DNA of 64,000 nt. It comes from a virus. Its lineage: Duplodnaviria > Caudoviricetes. The stretch lies in IMG/VR virus record IMGVR_UViG_3300042451_000960, one strand, 5' to 3'. The notes under the pieces are model-generated. The model was given only the letters and a program-made list of their open reading frames with translations, was not told the DNA's origin and made no database searches. Positions 38,237 to 47,141 of the stretch are shown here, one piece after another. Position 1 is the first letter of the stretch; every line of letters starts with the position of its first letter. The position numbers and the translations under genes are program-made.

Positions 38237-38767
38237 TTATGCAACTTTATGATAAATTGTTTCACCATTTGAAAATCGGGCAGTAACTCCATACTTATCG
38301 GTATAGTTACCAAACACTTTCTCAACTTCTTCTACTATTTCATCCGTAATCTTTACTGCTTTTTTGTTAGCCAATAAAGAATAAGCTAATCGTTGTGAAT
38401 TGGAAAGGTTAGTATCCCATTCCAAAGTTCTTTCAATATCATCTAAATCACATTGGTTACCATTGATACCATACCAAACGTGCCAATCTAAGTTACAACC
38501 TTCATAGTAACCTGAACGTACAACAGCGGTAAGAACTACTTCTAAACTGAAATCTTTGTATTGAAAATCACGCTCAATAGAACAAATTGAACGAGATGGA
38601 AATGACCTTAATTCATTCGGGTCACTTTTTGTGTAAGTTGAATAACCTTCAATAGAACCAAGTTCAGAATCAACATTACCTATCAAATCTTCATAATCCC
38701 ATTCGTTCTCCAAAGAACACGCAAAAATGTGGGTAGCGTTTACGTTGTGGAAATTGCTCGTAGCCAT
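38237..38767 (-). CDS. Hypothetical early protein
   Basis: Follows promoter 38780; RSGYYEG.NLD. Confidence 0.6.
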   Translation of the reverse strand: MATSNFHNVNATHIFACSLENEWDYEDLIGNVDSELGSIEGYSTYTKSDPNELRSFPSRSICSIERDFQYKDFSLEVVLTAVVRSGYYEGCNLDWHVWYGINGNQCDLDDIERTLEWDTNLSNSQRLAYSLLANKKAVKITDEIVEEVEKVFGNYTDKYGVTARFSNGETIYHKVA

Positions 38768-38779
38768 AATTTTTAAGTT

Positions 38780-38946
38780 TTATTACATAGTAAATGTACA
38801 AAAACGGCACGATATATCCAAATATTTTAGGGGTTATTTTTGGGGTCTAAATGCTAACGTGTTGATTCTCAATAAAGAATTTTTTAACTAATATAATTCA
38901 TTGAAAATCAATAAGTTACATAAGTCATTGAAAATCAATGGGTTAG
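38780..38946 (-). promoter_or_regulatory. Conserved promoter plus three IHF-like boxes
   Basis: ttattacatagtaaa 38780-38794; inverted box 38854-38873; boxes 38900-38919 and 38927-38946. Confidence 0.65.
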
Positions 38947-39113
38947 AATCTTTCGTCCTTAGTGTTCTTTATTATTTCGTGAACTGATAAGTTTGGGTTA
39001 TCCTTAGCGTAAGCTATTGCTCTTAATAAGAATATAGATACTTCATCTCTTTTTTCAAGCTTCTTAATTAACTTATTAAGGTCATCCAAATTTTCATAAA
39101 ACTTGCCCATAGG

Positions 39114-39344
39114 TTATAGTTTATAATCTTTATCAAAGGTAACAATAATTTCACCGGCGTTATGCGCTGGGATATACCATTCAAATTTATGTTTATATAA
39201 AATGTTTTCAGTAAGGTTTTTCATTCGGATAGAATTACCTATTATGATTCTGATAGGTAGTTCTTTGGCGTTAAGTAAAACAAAGTTCTCAACTTCATCT
39301 CTAACTTGGTGATGTAATAATCCGTGAAGGTCTAATTCTTTCAT
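39114..39344 (-). CDS. Smr-like small protein
   Basis: ELDLHGL...IIIG. Confidence 0.55.
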   Translation of the reverse strand: MKELDLHGLLHHQVRDEVENFVLLNAKELPIRIIIGNSIRMKNLTENILYKHKFEWYIPAHNAGEIIVTFDKDYKL

Positions 39345-39354
39345 AACTTATTAA

Positions 39355-39681
39355 TTATTCAAACCATTGTGAGCGGTCAGTTTTGTGATGTTTAACATAC
39401 AAATCAGGAACTTTGGCAGTAATGTTTTTAGCAGCATCTCTTATCTTCTCGTTACGAACCCATTCACCTTCCCTACCAATCTTCTTAGCCTCTCTCAATT
39501 GTTTAGTTGAAAGATTACCACCGGCTGCCACAGATGCATATTTCTTAGTGTGGTATTGGTCTAATGGAACTGTGAACTCTTTTAAGTAAGCTGCTTTGGT
39601 ATCCAAATACTCAAAGAAATCATCTTCGGATAATTCTTTCAGTTGTTCATCAGTCAACTCATTTTGTGGGTCATACTTCAT
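39355..39681 (-). CDS. Hypothetical protein
   Basis: ORF track. Confidence 0.55.
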   Translation of the reverse strand: MKYDPQNELTDEQLKELSEDDFFEYLDTKAAYLKEFTVPLDQYHTKKYASVAAGGNLSTKQLREAKKIGREGEWVRNEKIRDAAKNITAKVPDLYVKHHKTDRSQWFE

Positions 39682-39685
39682 AGTT

Positions 39686-39904
39686 CTAAATAGTATCGTT
39701 TACAATTTCAGCTTCAGGTACTTCGTTTACTAAATAGTGTGTATCATCCGGTCCTCTCAATAGTTTTTCAACGTGATATGCTTCACAAGCTTCTTGAGCT
39801 GTAAATTTATTAGAGAATAATCCCTGAACAAACCAACTATCTGCTTTAAATTTTCTTTTTATTACCCACACACTATTATTTGCATTTATCATTTCTATTT
39901 GCAT
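39686..39904 (-). CDS. Hypothetical protein
   Basis: ORF track. Confidence 0.5.
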   Translation of the reverse strand: MQIEMINANNSVWVIKRKFKADSWFVQGLFSNKFTAQEACEAYHVEKLLRGPDDTHYLVNEVPEAEIVNDTI

Positions 39905-40263
39905 ATCTTAAACCAATTTAGTTCTTCCATTATAAATGCCTGTTTTTCGTATGGGTGATTATGATACTTATATCCCATACTATAATATCGTGCCATCCAT
40001 TTTGGGTCTTGTAAATAATGAGTGTATTCGTGTACTATTGTTTTTGCCAAATCACTCTTTGATGTTATATTTTTTGAATAGATTATAATTTCGTTTTCTT
40101 CATCATCATATTCACCATGCCAATCGTTATCAATACCTTCCGAATTCGGACTGTATTCTACAACTAAATACGGTGCATGTGGATGGTATTTACTTTCACC
40201 CAAAAGTTCTATTGTTCTATCTAAATAGATTTCAGCCAATCTCTCTACTTCTTTTTTATTCAT
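39895..40263 (-). CDS. HExxH zincin-like metallopeptidase
   Basis: TIVHEYTHYLQ...HPYEKQA; similar to 13639-13998. Confidence 0.7.
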   Translation of the reverse strand: MNKKEVERLAEIYLDRTIELLGESKYHPHAPYLVVEYSPNSEGIDNDWHGEYDDEENEIIIYSKNITSKSDLAKTIVHEYTHYLQDPKWMARYYSMGYKYHNHPYEKQAFIMEELNWFKICK

Positions 40264-40564
40264 GATTTGCTATTTTGTAGGATAATAATTTTTTGAACGT
40301 ATCTATTGTTTTCAAATCCAATTTGCTCATTTCAAATATCTCAATTGGATTCCATTGCCTATCAATGTAGATTCCGCATTTGATACGATTTTGGGCTTTG
40401 GTTACAACAATAGTGAAAGGAGTATTACCCTTACCACTCATCGGAGCTATACGAACAACTTGTGCATCGGGTGCTATAGTCATTGTATCTTTATCAAATC
40501 CATACATTGTATCAGGTGTGAATAAATTCTCACCATAAAGTTTATCCCAATTTTCTACTAACAT
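40256..40564 (-). CDS. Hypothetical protein, MLTIEN-like (MLVENWDKL)
   Basis: N-terminal similarity. Confidence 0.5.
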   Translation of the reverse strand: MLVENWDKLYGENLFTPDTMYGFDKDTMTIAPDAQVVRIAPMSGKGNTPFTIVVTKAQNRIKCGIYIDRQWNPIEIFEMSKLDLKTIDTFKKLLSYKIANHE

Positions 40565-40733
40565 AGTTTATTATTTAATCCAATCTTCGTAAGCGAAATG
40601 ATACGCATCTACAATAGGATGTCCATCTTCATGGTGATATTTTTTAGCAGTTTCTTCAACTTCATAACGAAGTCCCCAAGCACCTGCTTCTTCCAATATC
40701 AATTCAATATCCATTTGTTCTTCTATTGTAATA

Positions 40734-40949
40734 TTAGTTTTCATTGCCATCTCTTTTAATAGTTACGTTTGATTTGAAAAGAATGTGTGTAAGAAAATTA
40801 ATACCCATAGCTTCGTATAAGGTAATTTGTGTTACACCAAAAATTCTAGGCATTAACCAATTCCAAAGGAACATTGTTGGAAACGCCAAAATGATTGCTG
40901 ATAATAACAACAATCCAATTACAATTAAAAATGCTTCTATTGCTTTCAT
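40734..40949 (-). CDS. Small membrane protein
   Basis: LWNWLMP..FG...IT...A.G. Confidence 0.6.
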   Translation of the reverse strand: MKAIEAFLIVIGLLLLSAIILAFPTMFLWNWLMPRIFGVTQITLYEAMGINFLTHILFKSNVTIKRDGNEN

Positions 40950-41192
40950 TTAGATTAATTTATTTGCGATTCGTAAAATCGTTTCTTCATCTTCTTTTGA
41001 TAATCTCCAACTATTACCAATAAGTTTACTCACTTCTTTATCAAAGTCACCTGTTGGTACATCATCAGGATGCACTCCACCCATTTGTTTTGGAACATAC
41101 CCATCATCATAAAGTTCATCTGCTAATTCCTGTTTTTCCCAACTAGTCATCGAATATATGATTTCTTCAATATCAATGTCAATACTTGCCAT
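40950..41192 (-). CDS. Hypothetical protein
   Basis: ORF track. Confidence 0.55.
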   Translation of the reverse strand: MASIDIDIEEIIYSMTSWEKQELADELYDDGYVPKQMGGVHPDDVPTGDFDKEVSKLIGNSWRLSKEDEETILRIANKLI

Positions 41193-41222
41193 AATTTAAT
41201 TTTTAGGTTTTACAATTAGTTT

Positions 41223-41477
41223 TTAAGCGTAACAATTAGCGTTACACATTGTTAATAAGAATATGTTCTTTCTACAATCGGAATCGGCTCTACTCATAGC
41301 CAAATACAAATTGTTAGCTACAACTGCTTCAACAAATCCACCACCTGCGTAAGATGATTTATCTCTTGTGGCCATAATAGAAACCATAATATCAAAAATA
41401 TGGTCACTTACATTTTCTTCATTCCACTCTTTAGCGAATTGAATAGCTCGCTCTCTATATTTTTCTCTAATATCCAT
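41223..41477 (-). CDS. Conserved phage hypothetical protein
   Basis: GGF..AV..N.L..A...AD. Confidence 0.6.
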   Translation of the reverse strand: MDIREKYRERAIQFAKEWNEENVSDHIFDIMVSIMATRDKSSYAGGGFVEAVVANNLYLAMSRADSDCRKNIFLLTMCNANCYA

Positions 41478-41495
41478 AACTTTAATTTTTATTTA

Positions 41496-42137
41496 TTAAT
41501 AATCTACTTCTACCCAATTTGATGGATTAGCTACCTTAATCACATACTTAGCATCTGAATAACGTTTACCCTCTTTAGCTAAGTACCTTTGTGTTTTACG
41601 ATTCTTATAAGGTATTCTCAAATTAGCCAATATGTGTGAGAAACTATTCGAACCAGAATGAATTTTGTAATAAGTATGTAATTCAGTATAAGATACTGCA
41701 CCTCTCCTATCTACATAATCCAATAACTTTTGTGTAATACCATTGAATTTTTTTGAATCTTCATATCTTTGAGAATCCTGCAACAATGTTGAACGATAAT
41801 CTTCATCAGCTTCTTCGTTACTTACATAGTGTGAACGAATTTCATCTACCAATGGATTGGCATCACCTAATACATTTTTCAATGTAGAATCTAATCTATT
41901 GTTATAAGAAAATCCGGCACTATCATATTGGGGCGTTTCATCTTCTCTATACTCTTCTGCTCTTTCCAATATCCATTGTTTGAAAGCATCGTTGTGATAC
42001 CCCATACCTTTGATAAGTGTTTGGAAAGCATCCATAACTTCATCCAAGTCCAAGTCACAATGGTCAATCTCTACGGTAGTTTTAGTACCATACGTTTGTG
42101 CCGTAAATATAGCCGGCTGATTTGTTTTATAAATCAT
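41496..42137 (-). CDS. Hypothetical protein
   Basis: ORF track. Confidence 0.55.
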   Translation of the reverse strand: MIYKTNQPAIFTAQTYGTKTTVEIDHCDLDLDEVMDAFQTLIKGMGYHNDAFKQWILERAEEYREDETPQYDSAGFSYNNRLDSTLKNVLGDANPLVDEIRSHYVSNEEADEDYRSTLLQDSQRYEDSKKFNGITQKLLDYVDRRGAVSYTELHTYYKIHSGSNSFSHILANLRIPYKNRKTQRYLAKEGKRYSDAKYVIKVANPSNWVEVDY

Positions 42138-42157
42138 ATACTTAATTTTTAATTTTA

Positions 42158-42370
42158 TTAATAAAAGAAACTATTCCATGCAATCCAATTAGGTACTTTG
42201 TACTTAACTCCAACAAACTCCGGCTTAGGGAACTTATCGTATGGCGATGGAACTGATTCAAATGTTGAATTCACTTTATTTACTTTAACCAATCTTGCTC
42301 TACAAGTTGGTGAAAAGTTTTGAGAAACATCTTTCCCAATAACTTGTTTTAAATCATTTACTTTATTCAT
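42158..42370 (-). CDS. Hypothetical protein
   Basis: Start reassigned to MNKVND. Confidence 0.5.
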   Translation of the reverse strand: MNKVNDLKQVIGKDVSQNFSPTCRARLVKVNKVNSTFESVPSPYDKFPKPEFVGVKYKVPNWIAWNSFFY

Positions 42371-42374
42371 ATTC

Positions 42375-42653
42375 TTATTTTTTATTTTTATAAAATTGAA
42401 AAACTTCAGCCCATCCACTACAAGCATCCCAATCGTATTTATAGAATGTCTTAGTACCAAATGAAACCGAACCTATACATTCAGCTCTACCACCCAACTT
42501 AGATTCATTCATTTCCTTTAACTTTAAGAACTTCTTATAAGCGGACATTAAATCTTTACCATTGGAATTCTCCATAAGGTTACATACCAAAGGATACTTT
42601 TTAAGGAAAGCTATACAAGCCTTCTCATTAACTTTAAAAACTAACTTGTTCAT
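42375..42653 (-). CDS. Hypothetical protein
   Basis: ORF track. Confidence 0.5.
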   Translation of the reverse strand: MNKLVFKVNEKACIAFLKKYPLVCNLMENSNGKDLMSAYKKFLKLKEMNESKLGGRAECIGSVSFGTKTFYKYDWDACSGWAEVFQFYKNKK

Positions 42654-42677
42654 ATTTATTTTTATTTAATTGATTAA

Positions 42678-43154
42678 TTAAGCGGACAATAACCATTGTG
42701 AATAAATTACATCATATTCTACACCCATTGTTATTGCCAATTTATCGAATACACGCTCTCTTACCAAACTATCACCAACGCCAATGTATTCATAAACATC
42801 TTCAAAGTTATCCAAAACTTTTTGTAAACCAGCAAAGGTAGCTTCAGGATTAATTTCAATACCCAATTCATCGGTTGGGAAAGCTTCTAAATAATAGTTT
42901 CTGATATTACCTTCGTTTTTTACAATTGAATAATTAGTTGAATTATCATATTCACCACCCCAATTACCGTTATCCAATTCAGACCATAACCAATTCAAAT
43001 ACTCATCGGTTACACCCAATTCCAAATTCTGATTATGGAAAGTAAGAGCTTTTACAAACTTCATACGTTTGGTTGCCAATTCCGTATTGAAATTTACTTC
43101 AATCATCGCATCGTTTAAGTGGGATGCTACCACAATTCCTAAATTGACCTTCAT
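42678..43154 (-). CDS. Hypothetical early protein
   Basis: Follows promoter 43166. Confidence 0.55.
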   Translation of the reverse strand: MKVNLGIVVASHLNDAMIEVNFNTELATKRMKFVKALTFHNQNLELGVTDEYLNWLWSELDNGNWGGEYDNSTNYSIVKNEGNIRNYYLEAFPTDELGIEINPEATFAGLQKVLDNFEDVYEYIGVGDSLVRERVFDKLAITMGVEYDVIYSQWLLSA

Positions 43155-43165
43155 ATTTTTAAGTT

Positions 43166-43331
43166 TTATTACATAGTAAAGGTAGTAATTGTATTTGAAT
43201 TAAACAAATATTTTAGTGATTATTTTTGTCTCACAAATTCTAACGTGTTGATTATCAATAAAAAAGTTTTTGACAAAAAATAACCCATTGAAAATCAATG
43301 AGTTATAAGTTGTTGAAAATCAATGAGTTAT
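43166..43331 (-). promoter_or_regulatory. Conserved promoter plus three IHF-consensus boxes
   Basis: ttattacatagtaaag 43166-43181; inverted box 43240-43259; boxes 43287-43306 and 43312-43331. Confidence 0.65.
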
Positions 43332-43333
43332 GA

Positions 43334-43678
43334 TTATCCGTAATTTTCCCAATAATAGGCCCTAACTTTTTTACCCAATTCTTGGTCATTTGGTGTCCCC
43401 AATACCCAATGTTTTGGTATTGTAATCATTTCTCTGCCTGAAGGTGAACCACCCGTATAACAATTTCCACAAAGTTGTCCAACGCCTTCAACATATCCGA
43501 TTCTAGTATCAATATGTTGCTGTGTTCTATACACCGTAGTTTTTCCACAAATTACGCAATTATCAAATTGTTCGTTATCTTTAATTGTGGTGTATTCATA
43601 CGAACCACCCATATCGTGTCCTACTTTTGTTACATTGTTGTTTTCATCAATTTGTAACGGCACATGTTGTGTTCCCAT
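43334..43678 (-). CDS. Zinc-binding hypothetical protein
   Basis: CVICG...YVEG.GQLC..CY. Confidence 0.6.
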   Translation of the reverse strand: MGTQHVPLQIDENNNVTKVGHDMGGSYEYTTIKDNEQFDNCVICGKTTVYRTQQHIDTRIGYVEGVGQLCGNCYTGGSPSGREMITIPKHWVLGTPNDQELGKKVRAYYWENYG

Positions 43679-43719
43679 AACTTTTAAGTTTTAATGTTTA
43701 TATATACATATCTTAATTT

Positions 43720-44142
43720 TTAATTTTCTAAGTTTATATTCTCTGTGTACCATTCTAAAATTTCTTCGCCTGCTTTTATATCTCGTAGTGCTATCCCATT
43801 TATATCAATGTTTACATTTTCTATATTAGGGTGTGCTGAATTACAATAACTGAATCCGTGGAATAAGAAATTTAATCCTTTGAATAATCGTATTATCTTA
43901 TATCCACATTCTTCGTTGATAAAATATTTGTGAAGTAAATGTTGCACCGATTTTGGTATTTTATCCAAATCACTATTAGGTACAACATAAATTCCAGTTT
44001 CACCTTCCCAAATTGGAAACACATCTTCACCTTTCTTAATATCTTTGATGGCAAATACACCAACACCGTCTAAAGGTGAAACTGCTATTTCGGTTTTTAT
44101 ATTATTAGCCAAATGATTTATAACTTCTTTAGTAATATCCAT
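43720..44142 (-). CDS. SET-domain protein (putative lysine methyltransferase)
   Basis: S..DGVGVFA.KDIKKGE; N.S..PN; ALRDIKAGEEI...Y. Confidence 0.8.
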   Translation of the reverse strand: MDITKEVINHLANNIKTEIAVSPLDGVGVFAIKDIKKGEDVFPIWEGETGIYVVPNSDLDKIPKSVQHLLHKYFINEECGYKIIRLFKGLNFLFHGFSYCNSAHPNIENVNIDINGIALRDIKAGEEILEWYTENINLEN

Positions 44143-45444
44143 TTAGAATTCTCCATTTCGTTTTACAAGTTCATCAACTCCTATACCATTAGCTATATCC
44201 AACAATACACTTTTTTCTTTCATACAAACTTCCATAGCCATAGCCAATAATTTTTTCTCAATTTCTTTTGGTATAACAACAATACCTTCGTTATCAGCAA
44301 ATACTAAATCACCGGGTAGTATCCTAACACCTTCTATTTGTATTGGAACATTTATTCCATCCAAAGTTGCACGCCTTCTAACATCAATACATTTATTACC
44401 TTTAGCAAATACAGGAAACCCTAATTTCTTTACATCAGCTGAATCTCTAGTAACCCCACCAACAATTGCACCAACCGCACCAGAACGTATTCCTAAGTTA
44501 GCATTTAGTTCACCAAAGTATGCGTAATCTGATATTTCGTTTTCAACAATTATAACATCATTTGGTACTATTGTATTATAACTATGTAATGCATTGTATA
44601 TTCCTTTGTAACTATCACCTTCTTTTAACTTTCGTATCTTCAAAGTTTTAGCTCTACCAAAAATCTTAGCATCAATTATGTTTGGTTGTAATCCGTTTAT
44701 TATAGTTGAATATCCCAAATCATCTAACAAATCCGATAGCATCGAACTATTCAATTGACTTTTTAGGTTATCCAATAAGATTCTATCTTTCTCTCTCAAA
44801 CCAGCTGCTATAAGATTTGCCAATTCAAAATCTTCAGGCCAATTAACATCAATGGCTTCGATTATACTTGCTTTAACTAAAAATGGATTATCACCTATTC
44901 TTCTTTGAGTTTGTATAGCACATTCTTTTTTTACTATGTATAATCCCATAGTTTCAATTGTTGTACTTTCCAAATCAACACTGTTAGGTATATTGTTTAT
45001 ATCATACACAGGCTTACCATCTGTCCACGTATATAATTTTTCATCTCTAACTAAAACAGCCGAATCATATTTGGAATGTACTATTTGATTTATTGCTAAT
45101 TTAATTGTATTGGTTTCTATAAAAGGTGATGTACATAAAATCTGAATGTATATATCGGCATCCACTTGCCTAACTTCATTCATAAATAATTTATTACCAT
45201 CGGTTTTATTATCAGCCAAAGAATGGTCTCTCTTTAATACAAAATGATTTAAATGAGATGCCATACCAATTACCTCATTGGATTCAGTATCTAAATAAAC
45301 TTCGTCTATAATATCACATTGTAAAAGTTTTTCTAATGTATGTAAGAATAGTGGTTTACCATCCAACAATTTTATATTTTTGTTTTCTATTCTTGAACTT
45401 GTTCCCTTTACAGGTAAAAACGCAACTATTTTCATATTAATCAA
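44143..45444 (-). CDS. CMP-nonulosonate synthetase (NeuA-like) fused to RraA/HMG-aldolase-like domain
   Basis: P.KGTSSRIENKNIK.L.GKPL, TSPF, IDVNWPEDF; C-terminal GELN, GVTRD, PGDLVFADNEG. Confidence 0.8.
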   Translation of the reverse strand: MINMKIVAFLPVKGTSSRIENKNIKLLDGKPLFLHTLEKLLQCDIIDEVYLDTESNEVIGMASHLNHFVLKRDHSLADNKTDGNKLFMNEVRQVDADIYIQILCTSPFIETNTIKLAINQIVHSKYDSAVLVRDEKLYTWTDGKPVYDINNIPNSVDLESTTIETMGLYIVKKECAIQTQRRIGDNPFLVKASIIEAIDVNWPEDFELANLIAAGLREKDRILLDNLKSQLNSSMLSDLLDDLGYSTIINGLQPNIIDAKIFGRAKTLKIRKLKEGDSYKGIYNALHSYNTIVPNDVIIVENEISDYAYFGELNANLGIRSGAVGAIVGGVTRDSADVKKLGFPVFAKGNKCIDVRRRATLDGINVPIQIEGVRILPGDLVFADNEGIVVIPKEIEKKLLAMAMEVCMKEKSVLLDIANGIGVDELVKRNGEF

Positions 45445-46036
45445 TTATGTGAATGTTCTTAAAATTAGTTAGTATTCTTTTTTCAAACTCACCATCATGT
45501 TCAACAACATCAGTTCCCATAATTTTTTTCCAAAATTCTTCGTTTGTAAAATCTTTATCGTAGTAATGACCTGATTTTAAGAAAAAATTAAACCCAACTA
45601 AATGTACTTCTTTATTAAAGAACAAAGATAAATTTAATGCTAAAGTTCCTCCCGATGAAAGTCTAAATGTTGGGCTAATCATCAAAGGAAGTGATACATC
45701 CAATAGTTTAGTTCCAGATTGTATATGTATTATATCATCTTTGCTGTTTGGATACTTTGGTGATGTTGTAAATATAGGAACACTACCACTATACTTTATA
45801 TAATTTTTTTCTAAATACTTTGTATGTTTGTGAGAAAAGTCACTGCAATGCAAAGATAATGCAGATATTTTAGTACCTGCATTTTCTTCATGTCCATCCA
45901 ATTGGAAATCATTGAAACGAATTACATATTCATAACTATCTATTATACTTCCCATATTTTTAATATCACCGTTTCCAACAAGTAATACTTTTTGAGGAAT
46001 ACTAATAAATAAGTCTTGAACAGATGAGTAACTCAT
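45437..46036 (-). CDS. GT29 (sialyltransferase)-like glycosyltransferase
   Basis: Sialylmotif-L-like VLLVGNG...IDSY..VIRFN...GTK; SSGG..A; GF.F...HYY. Confidence 0.6.
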   Translation of the reverse strand: MSYSSVQDLFISIPQKVLLVGNGDIKNMGSIIDSYEYVIRFNDFQLDGHEENAGTKISALSLHCSDFSHKHTKYLEKNYIKYSGSVPIFTTSPKYPNSKDDIIHIQSGTKLLDVSLPLMISPTFRLSSGGTLALNLSLFFNKEVHLVGFNFFLKSGHYYDKDFTNEEFWKKIMGTDVVEHDGEFEKRILTNFKNIHIID

Positions 46037-46037
46037 A

Positions 46038-46493
46038 TTATATTTTTACTAAGTGGTCAGCTGCATAAGTTGCAATTGGACCTAATGTTTTATATCGTAC
46101 TTCATACCCCATACCTTCTACCATACCAACTGCTTGTCTGAACACTTCATTTGATTTAAAGCGTGGATCTGGATTCAAATCAATATCAATCCACTTTGGT
46201 TTTGGAATACCAGCTTCTCTTAAATATTCAGCTGCTTCAATTGCATACCAAACTTCGTTTAATAATCTTACTGAACGGGTTGGTTCTCTATCTGCTTTCC
46301 ATCTTCTATAAAGTACATGAGCTCCTTTTCCGTTATGGTACAAAGCCACAACAACGGCATATATTGTTTTATCGGCAAAGTTTTGCGAATCACATCCGAT
46401 AAGAAGTTCAATATTTTCATTGTTTTCAAAATAGTTTTTAACATAAGGGATAAGTTCAAATTCTTCTCTACCATAAAGCTTTTTGTACTTCAT
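46038..46493 (-). CDS. RNase H-like YkuK-family protein
   Basis: IGCDSQ, RL..EV..AI..A, IDLN, ADH. Confidence 0.75.
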   Translation of the reverse strand: MKYKKLYGREEFELIPYVKNYFENNENIELLIGCDSQNFADKTIYAVVVALYHNGKGAHVLYRRWKADREPTRSVRLLNEVWYAIEAAEYLREAGIPKPKWIDIDLNPDPRFKSNEVFRQAVGMVEGMGYEVRYKTLGPIATYAADHLVKI

Positions 46494-46509
46494 AAATTTT
46501 GTTTTTGAG

Positions 46510-46591
46510 TGCCCCATAAGAGACTCGAACTCTTATGCTTCTCAGCACCAGATCCTAAGTCTGGCATGTCTACCAATTCCATCAACGGGGC
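46510..46591 (-). tRNA. tRNA-Leu(TAG)
   Basis: Cloverleaf; anticodon arm ccaga-cttagga-tctgg. Confidence 0.9.
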
Positions 46592-46596
46592 CTTTG

Positions 46597-46743
46597 CTGT
46601 AAGAGATGGATTCGAACCACCATAGTGCGATTCAGTTAGTAACACATTCCTGCAGGATGGTGGTCTACCCCATATTACTAACCTATTTCGTGCTCACCAC
46701 CCCCGAGACAGGAGGGCTTGTCTGCCAATTCCAACACCTTACA
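46597..46743 (-). ncRNA. 147-nt tRNA-like RNA, GUC anticodon, ~75-nt variable arm
   Basis: Acceptor tgtaagg/tcttaca+G; class-II D-loop; ccctc-ctgtctc-ggggg; T-arm ggtgg-ttcgaat-ccatc. Confidence 0.7.
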
Positions 46744-46748
46744 ATGTG

Positions 46749-46833
46749 CAGAGAGTGAGGGATTCGAACCCCCGTTACCTTTCAGTAAAACAGTTTTCAA
46801 GACTGCCGCCATCAACCACTCGGCCAACTCTCT
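46749..46833 (-). tRNA. tRNA-Ser(TGA)
   Basis: gcagt-cttgaaa-actgt; long variable arm; G73. Confidence 0.9.
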
Positions 46834-46850
46834 GTTTAGTACTCTAATAA

Positions 46851-47114
46851 TTAGAATACTTTTTCATCTTTAAAGTCTTTAGTATCTAAAGTACTTTGAT
46901 TTCTTCTTGCTTCTTCTGCTTCTTTATATACCCTAACCCAAGTTAAGAATATATCTACTGGTGCTAATATCCAACACATAATCAATAGAGCCAAAGAATC
47001 TAAACCAGGTGATATACCTAAACCACCTGCTCTTACATCTCTATTCCATTTTCGTATTGACATTACAAGACAATAGATGAAACAAATTACATAATACGTC
47101 CAAAATAATCCCAT
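46851..47114 (-). CDS. Small membrane protein
   Basis: Two hydrophobic segments. Confidence 0.55.
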   Translation of the reverse strand: MGLFWTYYVICFIYCLVMSIRKWNRDVRAGGLGISPGLDSLALLIMCWILAPVDIFLTWVRVYKEAEEARRNQSTLDTKDFKDEKVF

Positions 47115-47141
47115 AACATTTGTTTTTAATTATTAAAATTT

